Shown piece by piece: positions 18,015-28,260 of a DNA stretch of 64,000 nucleotides. Both the position numbers and the translations under genes were made by a program. The stretch spans positions 96,001 through 160,000 of the forward strand of contig CAWIIQ010000002.1 of the NCBI GenBank assembly GCA_963836185.1, written 5' to 3'. The notes beneath the pieces were generated by a model. The model did not search any database. It worked only from the letters and a program-made list of their open reading frames with translations, and had not been told where the DNA came from. This DNA is from Candidatus Krumholzibacteriia bacterium (lineage in GTDB: Bacteria > Krumholzibacteriota > Krumholzibacteriia > Krumholzibacteriales > Krumholzibacteriaceae). Positions within the stretch are counted from its first letter, which is position 1, and the number at the start of each line of letters is the position of its first letter.

Positions 18015-20219
18015 TTGAAACGCTACGTGACGCGGCAACTGCAGCATGGACCCGGCATCGAGGCGGCACCTGCACCGTTTCTTCTCCTGACAATCATATT
18101 CATCATTCAATCTGCGATGGCGGGCAGCAGCCCCGTTTCTGCCCAGGCGTGCGGATTGTGCGAACTGGCCGGGAGAATAGAGCGTGAGGAACTTCTTGTC
18201 ACGGTCAGGGAGTTGAGCGGAGCCGATTCGGTGACAGTCGGCGGCACAAGAACATGTATCGCGACCAGATCGACCCTTCTGCCGGAAAAGCTCATCGCGA
18301 GGGATTACCTGCTCGAACGGGTAGCGGAGCTGGGATACAGCGCAATACGCCAGCCCTTCTCCCTGAGTGTATACTATCCCGCTCTGATCGCCGCCGAGGT
18401 TTCTGTTACCGGGGAGACGTTATGGACAGGCACTAACGAGGGCGAGATATACATGATGACAGCCGCGGAGGACTGGAATACCGCGAGAGTCGTCTCAAGG
18501 ATAGACGCGAGGATATACGATCTGGCCCTCGACCGTTTCGGCACTCTCTGGGCTGCCTGCAAGACGAAAGGGGTGGGGTTCGGGGAACTTCATTATTCCG
18601 AAGACGGCGGAATGACCTGGAATGACAAGGTCATCGGCGACGTCACGAACAGTATCTTTGCGCTCAGTTCGATCGTATTCCTTGAGTCTGACGCGGCGAT
18701 CGTCTCCGGTTCGTTCGGAACGGCGTTCAGGATGCAGTACGCCATGGGTGACTGGCACCTCAGCGCTCCTTTCGATCCGGCTGATTTCATACACAGGCAG
18801 CTGAACGGCTCCGCGTCTTCGGGGCCGATGCATGTCTGGATAGTCTCGGTCGACGGAACGATCTTCGAGAGCGAGAATCTCGGCGCAACGTGGACCAGTA
18901 TCAATCCCGGTTTCGATACTCTCTGGGACATAGAGTTCTCGGGCCCGGACAGGGGAATAGTTGTCGGAGATGGAGTGACTTACCACACTACTGACGGGGG
19001 CGATACCTGGAACACGGTCGCCGTTCAGTCATCGCTTTACACGGTGACGATGATCGATTCCCTCAACGCGGTCGCTGCGGGAATCGGAGGCGATGTGTGG
19101 AGCACGGAGGATGGAGGAGCGACATGGTCGCCGGTCGTATACGATTGCGCCCGTGACGAGGATATCAGGGAGACTGTCTTTTCTCCATCCGAGACGGTCT
19201 GGGCGGTCGGGATGAACATGCCGCTGAAGCTCGAACTGGGAGAGACACAGGTCACCTGCCGCCAGTGGGAGCTCTCAGACACTATCTGGGGCGAGAACCT
19301 GATCTTCAGCAGCGAGGGCCGGACACTTCCCGATGAGAAGATCGTCGTCTGCGCTCATTACGACTCGAGGAACTGGCAGGACCCGTATTGCGCCCCTGGC
19401 GCCGATGACAACGCAAGTGGATGCGCCGGAGTGCTGGAGATCGCGAGGGTCTTCGCCGGAGCGTCATTCGACAGGTCGATCGAGTACATCCTGTTCGACG
19501 GAGAGGAGACGGGGCTGGTGGGCAGCAGGCACTATGTCGCTGTGAGGGACACCGATCTTACAGTCGGCGGCGTCATCAATCTCGACATGATTGGCAGGGA
19601 TTACAGCGGGGGAGTCACGGTAGAGGTGGCAGGCAGGGAGGACCCCCTTGATTCGGCGCTGGCCGCTCTGATAATCGACATGTCGGCATCTCTCCAGCTC
19701 GACCTCGACTGCAACTATATGTTCAATTATTCTCCTACGAGCGACCACAAACCGTTCTGGGAGATTCCGGGCGTTCCCGCGATACTGCTGATTGAGAAAG
19801 AGTATTTCAACAACCCGAACTACCATGCATGTTCCGATGTCGCCGCTAATATCGATTTTGATTACATGACCGATATCGTCAAGGTGGCTGCGGGCTCGGC
19901 GGCGCAGCTGGCAGGGTTGATCAGCGCCGATCCTTTACCCTCGACGGTAGTCCTGCATCAGAATTTCCCGAATCCTCTATTCAACCATACGAGGGTCAGG
20001 TTCGAGCTCCCCTCGCGGCTGCCCGTGGACCTGACGCTGTTCGACCTGACCGGCAGGCGCGTAGTCGCGATGATTACTGATACTCTCGATGAAGGCAGGC
20101 ACGAGTACGCCTGGGACGGAAGAGATCCCTCGGGAGACGCCGTGTCAAGCGGAGTCTATTTTCTCAGGCTGGAAGCCGGAAGTACCGTTCTTGTCAGAAA
20201 GGTCGTTATCGTACGATGA
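18015..20219 (+). CDS. Secreted M28 metallopeptidase with inserted BNR/YCF48-like beta-propeller and C-terminal FlgD-Ig/T9SS-like domain
   Basis: AHYDS, GADDNASG, DGEETG, NLDMIG, YH; SEDGGMTW-type Asp-box repeats; QNFPNP...SGVYF..L...RKVVIVR; start uncertain (17970 or 18015). Confidence 0.85.
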   Translation: MKRYVTRQLQHGPGIEAAPAPFLLLTIIFIIQSAMAGSSPVSAQACGLCELAGRIEREELLVTVRELSGADSVTVGGTRTCIATRSTLLPEKLIARDYLLERVAELGYSAIRQPFSLSVYYPALIAAEVSVTGETLWTGTNEGEIYMMTAAEDWNTARVVSRIDARIYDLALDRFGTLWAACKTKGVGFGELHYSEDGGMTWNDKVIGDVTNSIFALSSIVFLESDAAIVSGSFGTAFRMQYAMGDWHLSAPFDPADFIHRQLNGSASSGPMHVWIVSVDGTIFESENLGATWTSINPGFDTLWDIEFSGPDRGIVVGDGVTYHTTDGGDTWNTVAVQSSLYTVTMIDSLNAVAAGIGGDVWSTEDGGATWSPVVYDCARDEDIRETVFSPSETVWAVGMNMPLKLELGETQVTCRQWELSDTIWGENLIFSSEGRTLPDEKIVVCAHYDSRNWQDPYCAPGADDNASGCAGVLEIARVFAGASFDRSIEYILFDGEETGLVGSRHYVAVRDTDLTVGGVINLDMIGRDYSGGVTVEVAGREDPLDSALAALIIDMSASLQLDLDCNYMFNYSPTSDHKPFWEIPGVPAILLIEKEYFNNPNYHACSDVAANIDFDYMTDIVKVAAGSAAQLAGLISADPLPSTVVLHQNFPNPLFNHTRVRFELPSRLPVDLTLFDLTGRRVVAMITDTLDEGRHEYAWDGRDPSGDAVSSGVYFLRLEAGSTVLVRKVVIVR

Positions 20220-20225
20220 CGACGA

Positions 20226-20813
20226 TCACGCTATGATCACCTCTACGTCACCGAATACCTGTGAGCAGGCTATGACTAGTGTGCTTTCATCTCCTTCTCC
20301 ACCGGGGGAACGATAGCATTTACCATCGGTACTGCCCCCCTCGGGAGCCTTGAGTTCGCCGAAGACGCCGTTGCTCCTGATCTCGACAGGCATGCCTGCC
20401 GGAACTCTCAGCGAGATATCGCCGAAGACCGTATGGAGGTCGAGCTGCCCGTACCCGACTATTCTCCTGACATCGGAAAGGTCGATCGATATCGTGCCGA
20501 AGACCGTGCTCGCGCTCCCGCCCGAAAATTCCTCCGTGCGGACCCTTATGCTGATGTCGCCGAAGGCGCTGGAGTGCTTTACGTAAGGCGAATCGGATGT
20601 TTCCACGGTATCGCCGAACATCCTTCTGCCGCTGTGCCCCGAAGATTTCCCCCTCTTTCTCAGCAGGCTGAATCCCCAGACGATCAGGATGACCGGCCAG
20701 AGTCTCCAGAAACCTCCCCAGAGGTCGATGACACCGAAGCCGTCGAGCAGGGCGAGGATCCCGATACCTATCAGGGCCAGCGCCCATCTGTTTTCTTTGG
20801 TTCTCAGGTTCAT
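20226..20813 (-). CDS. LiaF-like cell-envelope stress protein (DUF5668 + DUF2154-like)
   Basis: N-terminal TM segments with WPVILI; repeated xFGD(I/V) beta motifs; ATG at 20813. Confidence 0.7.
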   Translation of the reverse strand: MNLRTKENRWALALIGIGILALLDGFGVIDLWGGFWRLWPVILIVWGFSLLRKRGKSSGHSGRRMFGDTVETSDSPYVKHSSAFGDISIRVRTEEFSGGSASTVFGTISIDLSDVRRIVGYGQLDLHTVFGDISLRVPAGMPVEIRSNGVFGELKAPEGGSTDGKCYRSPGGEGDESTLVIACSQVFGDVEVIIA

Positions 20814-20814
20814 T

Positions 20815-21312
20815 TTATTGCTCCCGGTTATTGTTGTCAGAGCCGGACCTGGTGAGGGCAAGGACACCAGCGCTGATCAGAAGAAGCGGCCAGATAAATT
20901 TCAGCACGGGAATACTTCCCATCAGAAATATCGTTCCGACTATCGACAGTATCGCTGCCGGCACGAGTATGCCCCTGTCCCTTTTCCCGAACAGGTACAT
21001 CGCGAAGAACCCGAAAGCCGGCGCCAGGATGAAGAAGGGCCAGAGGTGATCCATATGAGCCCAGTCGTATCGTGCGTTGATATTAAAGACCACACCGATT
21101 GTAAGCAGTATCGTTCCCGGCATGATCAGGCCGTCTTTGGTGCGGTCAAATATGAATCCAAGCCAGAAGATGACTCCCATAACGATCAGGATCCATGTCC
21201 AGAGCACTTCCCAGTCGAGATCGAGAGCGCCGAAATTGCCCAGCAGGAATACTATCCCGACCATGATCATGATCAGGCCGGGAACTACCTGTCTCTTTCT
21301 TCCATCACTCAT
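20815..21312 (-). CDS. Multi-pass membrane protein (LiaI/LiaF-TM, DUF5668-like)
   Basis: GLIMIMVGIVFLLGNFG, WP motifs; paralog of the next gene. Confidence 0.7.
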   Translation of the reverse strand: MSDGRKRQVVPGLIMIMVGIVFLLGNFGALDLDWEVLWTWILIVMGVIFWLGFIFDRTKDGLIMPGTILLTIGVVFNINARYDWAHMDHLWPFFILAPAFGFFAMYLFGKRDRGILVPAAILSIVGTIFLMGSIPVLKFIWPLLLISAGVLALTRSGSDNNNREQ

Positions 21313-21316
21313 CGTT

Positions 21317-21883
21317 CTGCCTCCATTTCACGCCGGCCGCATCCCGCGTCACGCGTCTGCCTGCCCGCCCGGTATATCGATTTTTTTCTCGGGATTTACG
21401 ATTATGAACACGCCCGCCGCTACCGTCAGGATCGGCCATATGTATTTGAATACGGGAACGCTGTTCAGAAGGAATATCAGGCTGATCAACCCCAGCACGG
21501 CGGCGGTTATCAATATGCTCCTGTTTTTCTTGCTCAGCAGGTATGTGAAGTAAAGGCCGAGAGCGGGGGCCAGGATAAAGAGAGGCCCCATATTTTCGAT
21601 CGATGCCCATGTATATTTAGTTATCAGAAAGAACACTACACCGTAGATCACGAGGATCGTCCCCGGCATGATCAGGAAGTCACGGCTCCTGTCCATCAGG
21701 AATCCCACCCAGAAGACCACTCCCATTATCATGATCATCCATGTGAAGACCACTTCCCAGTCGGGATGGAAAGCTCCGAAATTTCCAAGGATGAAAAGCA
21801 GCCCGATAAGAATCAGCGCCAGCCCCTGAAGTATCGGTCTTGACCTGAGTTCGCTCATTGTCCTGCCTCCGTTTCACGCCGGC
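21317..21883. repeat. 21-nt direct repeat (21317-21337 and 21863-21883) covering the RBS of both paralogs
   Basis: CTGCCTCCATTTCACGCCGGC vs CTGCCTCCGTTTCACGCCGGC (20/21 identical). Confidence 0.8.
21349..21858 (-). CDS. Multi-pass membrane protein (DUF5668-like), paralog of 20815-21312
   Basis: Shared LGNFGA..DWEV..TW, LIMPGTIL, FILAPA, IWP motifs. Confidence 0.7.
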   Translation of the reverse strand: MSELRSRPILQGLALILIGLLFILGNFGAFHPDWEVVFTWMIMIMGVVFWVGFLMDRSRDFLIMPGTILVIYGVVFFLITKYTWASIENMGPLFILAPALGLYFTYLLSKKNRSILITAAVLGLISLIFLLNSVPVFKYIWPILTVAAGVFIIVNPEKKIDIPGGQADA

Positions 21884-21885
21884 TG

Positions 21886-23032
21886 TCAGCTGCCGGCGGC
21901 AGTCTCAAGAACATGTTCGCATTCCTCTTCCGTATTGTACATATGCGGGCTCAGGCGCACCGCCCCTTCCCTGAGGCTGCAGACGATCCCGGCGTCCCGC
22001 AGCCGCGCGAAGACAGGCTGAGCCTCTTCTTTTTCGCTGTCGAAGCAGAGTATACCTGATTTTTCCCCGTCTCCCAACGGACTCTTTATCCTGAATCCTC
22101 TTTCCATGAGGCCGGCGGCGAGCCGGCCGGTCAGTGAAAGTATCCTCTTTTCGACCGCGTTCTTTCCCAGTCTCAGTATCCTGTCTATCGAAACTCCCAG
22201 CGCGTATATCCCGTGAAGGTTCGGAGAGCCTTCCTCGAACCGCTCCGCCGAATCGCGGTATGTGAAGTCGTAGTCAATAAAATCCCTTGGATCGACCACT
22301 CCGGTCCAGCCTGGGTTCCAGATATCGATCTGGTCGAGAAGTTCCCTGCGGACAGAAGAATATCCCGACTCCCGGAAGACCCATCATCCACTTGTGGCCG
22401 CCGGCGGAGAGGAAATCTATCTTCGATCTCCCGACATCGATCTCGAGAGCGCCCAGTCCCTGTATGGCGTCGACGTGGAGAAAGATGCCCCTGCCGCGGC
22501 AGAAATCACCGAGCGCGTCGAGATCGATCCTCTGTCCTGTAGAGAACTGGACCTGGCTGACGGTGACAGCCCTGGTGCGGGAGTCGCAGACTTCGGCCAG
22601 CATCTCCGCCGTGACCAGTCCGTCGGCGGGTTCGACCATCCGGAGTTCGACGCCCCTTCGCCACAATCCCATCCACGGGTATACGTTGGCGGGGAACTCG
22701 ATTGAGGGCATGACGACGTTGTCGCCATCTTTCCACCGTATTCCTCCGGCGGCTATCTGTACCCCGTGGGTCGTGTTCTTGACGAAAGCGATCTCGTCCG
22801 CCGCCGCGCCTGTCAGTTCCGCGGCCGCGGACCGGACCTGCGCGACCCGCCCGAAGATCTCCTCTTCAGCAAGGGCGCCGCCGGCCAGCAGGGCGGACAG
22901 TCCGTCCAGGGCCTGGCGGGAAGTCAACGAGAGCGGACTTATGGCGGCGTGATTGAAGTAGGCGATATCGCCGGAGGTGGAGAACTCGCTCCTGACATCG
23001 TTCCATATGCCCGTCTTATCGTTACTATCCAT
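21886..23032 (-). CDS. Class V PLP aminotransferase (cysteine desulfurase-like), frameshifted near 22350
   Basis: YFNHAAISP, NTTHG, DAIQGLG, GHKW; continues in another frame as RRELLDQ...RFEEGSPN...RLSPHMYN. Confidence 0.85.
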
Positions 23033-23100
23033 TTTATCCTGCCTCCGGGGGAATCTTCTCAGAAGAAAAGCGGGGTGTACAGTTTAAATAAGGCGCTCGA

Positions 23101-23790
23101 TCAGACTGTCGCCGTATGGATGGCGACGACGCCGAACATCAATTGCTGCCATGTGACACGGGAAAAGCCCGCTTCCGATATTTCAGAGGCTAGTGCGGCC
23201 GGTCCGGGGAACGACCGTATCGAACCGGAGAGGTAGGCATACCCTTCCTTCTCCCCGGTAAGCGTTTTCCCGAGCCTTCCGATGACAAGGCCGGCGTAAG
23301 TATGAAGGATACTTCTGACCGGAGCGGCCTCGGGCTGGCTCGTCTCGAGGTTCACAAAGACCCCCCCGGGCTTCAGTATCCGTCTTATCTCCCTTAGAGA
23401 ACCGGCGAAGAGCCCGCTGCGGCTCCGGAGGTTTCTCGCCGCGAATGTCACCGTAACGAGATCGAATGTTCCGGCTGGAAAGGGAAGGGCGTCCGCCGAA
23501 GCGGCGGCCGGGACTAGCGCTTCGCTGCCTCGCCGCCTTATGCCCTCGCGCAGCATCGGGACGGAGAAATCAGCCGAGATGACAGCCGTGCCGGCAGGTG
23601 AGCGGCGTGAAAGGAGAAGAGAAGTCTCGCCCGTACCGCTGCACATGTCGAGCCAGGTACCCCCTCTGGCGGCGCGTACCGCGATATCGGCGGCGATCCT
23701 TCTCCATATCATGTCGAGACCGAAAGTCAGCAGATGGTTGGTACTTTCGTAACGGCGGGGGATATTTCTGTAAACGTCCTGGAGGTCCAT
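23101..23790 (-). CDS. menG: UbiE/MenG-family methyltransferase
   Basis: NHLLTFGLDMIWRR, LDMCSGTG, DFSVPML, YAYLSGSI. Confidence 0.8.
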   Translation of the reverse strand: MDLQDVYRNIPRRYESTNHLLTFGLDMIWRRIAADIAVRAARGGTWLDMCSGTGETSLLLSRRSPAGTAVISADFSVPMLREGIRRRGSEALVPAAASADALPFPAGTFDLVTVTFAARNLRSRSGLFAGSLREIRRILKPGGVFVNLETSQPEAAPVRSILHTYAGLVIGRLGKTLTGEKEGYAYLSGSIRSFPGPAALASEISEAGFSRVTWQQLMFGVVAIHTATV

Positions 23791-23814
23791 GATCGCCGAT
23801 CTTTCTGACGCGGG

Positions 23815-24495
23815 TCAATCCACGCGGTTACTGTCTCCGGGAAGCATTCCCTGTTCTTCCCATAACCCCCGGCGCACAGTGATCACGGAACCCTTCCATA
23901 CTATGTCGCCCCTGTCGCGCAGCCGGAGTATCAGCCTTGAGAGAGTCTCGGGGACCGTGCCTATCGCGGCCGCGATCTCCTTCTTGGGGATCTCGACGGT
24001 GAATGTCTCTTCCGCTCCACACTGTTCGTACAGGAAGCGGAAGAAGCGCTGCTCGACATCGTAGGCGGTCAGGTAGTGGATCCTCTGTGAGAGGTATCGA
24101 AGCCTCCCGATTATCGTCGAGATGAACTCGCGGCGAAAGGCCCTGTCCTCCAGCAGTGCCTGGAAGTTCGAGCCCGAAATGGCCCAGGCAACGGAATACT
24201 TTGTCGCGATCGCGCTGACGGGATAGCGACCCTTGTCGAAGAATGCGACCTCCGCGAAAGCTTCGAAAGGGCTGACGAGCTTCACGGTCGTCTCCTGGCC
24301 GTCCTCTGCCAGCTTGTAGAGCCTGATGCCTCCTTCTTCGAGGACAAATAGGGAGCTGCCTTCATCCCCTTCGAAGAAGAGATGCTCCCCGCGGGCGATC
24401 TCGATCCTACGCCCGCCCTCCGAGAGCTTCGAGAGCAGCTGCTCGCCGAGATCGCGGAACAGGGCCGTTTTCATCAGTATACCCGTCACGTTCAT
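23815..24495 (-). CDS. hcpR: Crp/Fnr-family regulator (HcpR-like), divergent from hcp
   Basis: LFFEGD cNMP-binding fold, FAEVA, HTH IGTVPETLSR; adjacent to hcp; ATG at 24495. Confidence 0.8.
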   Translation of the reverse strand: MNVTGILMKTALFRDLGEQLLSKLSEGGRRIEIARGEHLFFEGDEGSSLFVLEEGGIRLYKLAEDGQETTVKLVSPFEAFAEVAFFDKGRYPVSAIATKYSVAWAISGSNFQALLEDRAFRREFISTIIGRLRYLSQRIHYLTAYDVEQRFFRFLYEQCGAEETFTVEIPKKEIAAAIGTVPETLSRLILRLRDRGDIVWKGSVITVRRGLWEEQGMLPGDSNRVD

Positions 24496-24570
24496 AGTCT
24501 TGCTATCCTGCATGACAGGCGGTACAATATCAACAGGCGAAATCACAAAAAATACAAATATCCGCCGGAA

Positions 24571-24612
24571 TTGACCCCGGTCAAGGCAGCATATCCTTGT
24601 GTCGGTTATTAT
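24571..24612 (+). promoter_or_regulatory. FNR/HcpR-type operator with class II promoter for hcp
   Basis: Perfect palindrome TTGAC-CCCG-GTCAA (24571-24584); -10 TATTAT at 24607-24612, placing the site near -41.5. Confidence 0.75.
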
Positions 24613-24682
24613 TCGGTTCCGGTGACGCGTGGAAGATATCGGCGCGGACCGGATAGCCCCTGATGGAAAAGGAGACCTGACA

Positions 24683-26320
24683 ATGAACATGTTCTGTTAC
24701 CAGTGCCAGGAAACAGCCGGGAACACAGGCTGCACGAAAGCAGGCGTCTGCGGCAAGTCGCCGGAGACCTCTGCGCTCCAGGATCTGCTCATCTTCGTTT
24801 CGAAAGGTGTTTCGATACCCGGTTCGAGGGCTGTCGAGGGGAGCGACGATTTCATGGCCGCGGGCAGGTACCTGTCAGGTGCGATGTTCGCCACCATCAC
24901 CAACGGCAATTTCGATGACAATCGCTTTATAGAGCTGATCGATGAGGGGATCGCCCTTCGCGACAATCTGATGAAAAAATATTCCGGTGAACTCGAGGGA
25001 ACGATACACGAAGCAGCAGCGTGGTCGCCCGCGCCAGGCGCAGACATCAGGGCCAAGGGACTCGAAGTCGGTGTGATGTCGACGGGGAACGAAGATATCC
25101 GCTCGCTCAGAGAGCTGCTCGTGTACGGCCTCAAGGGCATCGCCGCCTACGCTCACCATGCCTGGGTCCTCGGGTACGAGAGCGATGAGATCTACTCGTT
25201 CATCATGAAGGGCCTCTCCGCGACGACGCGGGATCTTTCAGCCGAAGAGCTCACGGGGCTCGTGCTCGAGGCCGGCAAGTGCGCCGTCGATACGATGGCT
25301 CTGCTCGACAAGGCAAATACGGATACATACGGCAATCCCGAGATTTCGACAGTCAAGACCGGCGTGCGCGGCAATCCCGGCATACTCGTCTCGGGCCACG
25401 ATCTGAAGGATCTCGAGGAACTCCTCGAGCAGACAGACGGGACAGGCGTCGATATCTACACACACGGCGAGATGCTGCCGGCTCACTATTACCCTTCGTT
25501 CAAGAAGTACGGCCACCTCGCCGGCAACTACGGCGGTGCCTGGTACAGTCAGGGCAAGGAGTTCGATTCGTTCAACGGCCCGATCCTGATGACGACCAAC
25601 TGCATCACGCCCGTAAAAGATGGATACAGGGACAGGATATTCACCTCGGGCCTGGCGGGATATCCCGGCATCAGGCACATCGCCGATCGCGCCGATGGTG
25701 GAAAGAAGGATTTCTCGGAGATCATCGGGATAGCGAAGAAATCGGCCGCTCCCGAGCAAATCGAGGACGGGCAGATCGTCGGCGGATTCGCTCACGCCCA
25801 GGTAACAGCTCTGGCAGGTGACATCGTCGAGGCCGTCAAATCGGGTGCCATCAAGAAGTTCGTCGTAATGGCGGGCTGCGATGGAAGGCAGAAGGGACGC
25901 TCTTACTTCACCGAGGTCGCCGAGAACCTTCCGAAGGACGCCGTGATACTGACCGCCGGATGCGCGAAGTACAGGTACAACAAGCTCGATCTCGGTGATA
26001 TCGGCGGTATTCCCAGGGTCCTCGATGCCGGACAGTGCAACGATTCGTATTCGCTTGCCGTCACGGCGCTTAAGCTGAAAGAGGCGTTCGAACTCGAAGA
26101 CGTCAACGACCTTCCGCTGGCGTTCGATATTGCGTGGTACGAGCAGAAGGCCGTGGCTGTGCTGCTGGCCCTGCTTCACCTCGGATTCAAGAACATCAAG
26201 CTCGGGCCCACGCTGCCGGCGTTCCTGTCGCCGAACGTGGTAAAGGTCCTCGTCGATACCTTCGGCATAGCGCCGACAGGTGACGCCGCGGACGATGTGG
26301 CTTCGATCATGGCCGGTTAA
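24683..26320 (+). CDS. hcp: Hybrid cluster protein (hydroxylamine/NO reductase)
   Basis: MFCYQCQET...GC...[39 protein letters not shown]; RBS AAGGAG. Confidence 0.97.
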   Translation: MNMFCYQCQETAGNTGCTKAGVCGKSPETSALQDLLIFVSKGVSIPGSRAVEGSDDFMAAGRYLSGAMFATITNGNFDDNRFIELIDEGIALRDNLMKKYSGELEGTIHEAAAWSPAPGADIRAKGLEVGVMSTGNEDIRSLRELLVYGLKGIAAYAHHAWVLGYESDEIYSFIMKGLSATTRDLSAEELTGLVLEAGKCAVDTMALLDKANTDTYGNPEISTVKTGVRGNPGILVSGHDLKDLEELLEQTDGTGVDIYTHGEMLPAHYYPSFKKYGHLAGNYGGAWYSQGKEFDSFNGPILMTTNCITPVKDGYRDRIFTSGLAGYPGIRHIADRADGGKKDFSEIIGIAKKSAAPEQIEDGQIVGGFAHAQVTALAGDIVEAVKSGAIKKFVVMAGCDGRQKGRSYFTEVAENLPKDAVILTAGCAKYRYNKLDLGDIGGIPRVLDAGQCNDSYSLAVTALKLKEAFELEDVNDLPLAFDIAWYEQKAVAVLLALLHLGFKNIKLGPTLPAFLSPNVVKVLVDTFGIAPTGDAADDVASIMAG

Positions 26321-26348
26321 TGACCGGTTATTCGAGACAGTCCGTTCC

Positions 26349-26384
26349 AGGCCCGCCCCGCACTCGCGGAGGCGGGCCTTCTTT
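26349..26384 (+). terminator. Rho-independent terminator after hcp
   Basis: AGGCCCGCC-CCGC..GCGG-A-GGCGGGCCT followed by TCTTT. Confidence 0.7.
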
Positions 26385-26399
26385 ATTGCGAGGCAGCAC

Positions 26400-26428
26400 T
26401 TTACACTTGCGCTTTAAACCTGTAGATT
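26400..26428 (+). promoter_or_regulatory. Putative sigma70 promoter for lepA-hemW
   Basis: TTTACA-17 nt-TAGATT. Confidence 0.45.
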
Positions 26429-26462
26429 GCTGATTATACCTACACTTTCTCCGGACAGGATT

Positions 26463-28260
26463 ATGAAGAATATCAGGAATTTCAGCATAACGGCCCATAT
26501 CGACCACGGGAAATCGACCCTCGCCGACAGGCTTATCCAGGGCGCGGGGCTGGTAACCGCTCGTGATTTCCACGACCAGATGCTCGACACGATGGATATA
26601 GAACGCGAACGCGGTATCACGATCAAGAGCCAGACCGTGGCTATCCCGTACAAAAGCAAGTCGGGCGAAGAATATGTGCTGAATCTGATCGATACGCCGG
26701 GGCATGTCGATTTCTCCTACGAGGTCTCCAGGGCGCTCGCTTCATGCGAGGGTGTCCTGCTGCTGGTCGACGCCAGCCAGGGTGTGGAGGCCCAGACGGT
26801 GGCCAACCTGTACCTGGCCCTCGAGCATAATCTCGAGATCATTCCCGTGATAAACAAGATCGACCTGCCATCGGCCGACGTGAATATGTCGAAGGAGCAG
26901 ATCGAGCTCGAGCTGGGACTCGATTCGGACGATGTGCTTCTCTGCTCAGCCAAGACCGGTATCGGCATCGAGGAGATACTCGAAGCGGTCGTCGAGAAGA
27001 TCCCTCCGCCGAGGGATACTGAAAAGGAACCTTTGAGGGCCCTGATATTCGATGCCCAGTACGATCCGTTCCGCGGGGCGATCATCCACTGCCGCGTGAT
27101 GGACGGCAGTATCAAGCCGGGCGACTCGATAAGATTCATGTCACTGGGAACGATCTACAAGGTCGAAGAGGTCGGGGTCTTCAAGCTGAAACATGTGAAG
27201 CGTAAAAAGCTCTCCGCCGGAGAGGTCGGGTATATCATCGCCGGCGTCAAGACGGTCAGCGACACGAGGATAGGCGATACGGTGGTCCACGAGGGCGATA
27301 ACGTCTCCGAGCAGCTGCCCGGGTTCAAGGTGGTCAAGCCGGTCGTATTCTCCTCGATCTACCCGATCGACTCCAACGACTACAACGCCCTGGCCGACTC
27401 GCTCGAGAAATACAAGCTCAACGACGCCTCGCTGATATACCAGAAGGACTCCTCGGCGGCCCTCGGCCACGGATTCAGATGCGGGTTTCTCGGGCTGCTG
27501 CATCTTGAGGTCTTCCAGGAGAGGCTCGAACGGGAGTTCAACCAGTCGATCATCATGACCTCTCCGAGTGTGCTGTACAAATTCATCCTCGACGGCGGGG
27601 AGGAAGTCGCGGTCGACAACCCGGAGTACTATCCCGATCCTGCTCATATCGAGAGCGCGCTCGAGCCCTACATCCGTGCCAGCATCCTCTTTCCCGGAGA
27701 AATACATGGGAGCGGTGATGCAGCTCTGCCTTAACCGCCGCGGGGAGAACTCGCATTTCAGCTATCCCGCGCCGGGCAGGATCGAGCTTCTCTTCGACAT
27801 GCCGCTCGCCGAAGTCATCCACGATTTTTACGATAAGCTCAAGACGATCACGCAGGGTTACGGCTCTTTCGATTACGAGCTGACAGACTACAGGAAGAAC
27901 GACCTCGTCAAGATCGATATCCTCGTCAACGGCGAAAGGGTCGACGCCCTGGCGATGATCGTGCACAAGGACAGGGCGAGGCCGAGGACCAAGCAGGTAT
28001 GCGACAGGCTGCGCGATGAGATACCGCGGCACATGTTCAAGATCGCCGTGCAGGGCGCTATCGGTGGAAAGATCATCGCGAGATCGACGATCCAGGCGAT
28101 GCGCAAGGACGTGCTGGCGAAGTGCTACGGGGGCGATATCTCGCGTAAGCGAAAGCTGCTCGAGAAGCAGGCCAAGGGAAAGAAGAGGATGAAGACGATC
28201 GGCAAGGTGTCGATCCCGCAGACAGCTTTTGTCGCCGTACTGAAGACCCAGGATGAATGA
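26463..28260 (+). CDS. lepA: Elongation factor 4 (LepA), one extra base near 27690-27697
   Basis: AHIDHGKSTLAD, ERERGITIK, DTPGH, GFRCGFLGLLH, KCYGGDISRKRKLL; split over two frames. Confidence 0.95.

Noticed and set aside
21886-23032. Class V aminotransferase as a selenocysteine lyase linked to the selenoprotein
   Set aside because: Lacks the catalytic Cys motif of SufS/IscS-type enzymes and lies ~14 kb away.
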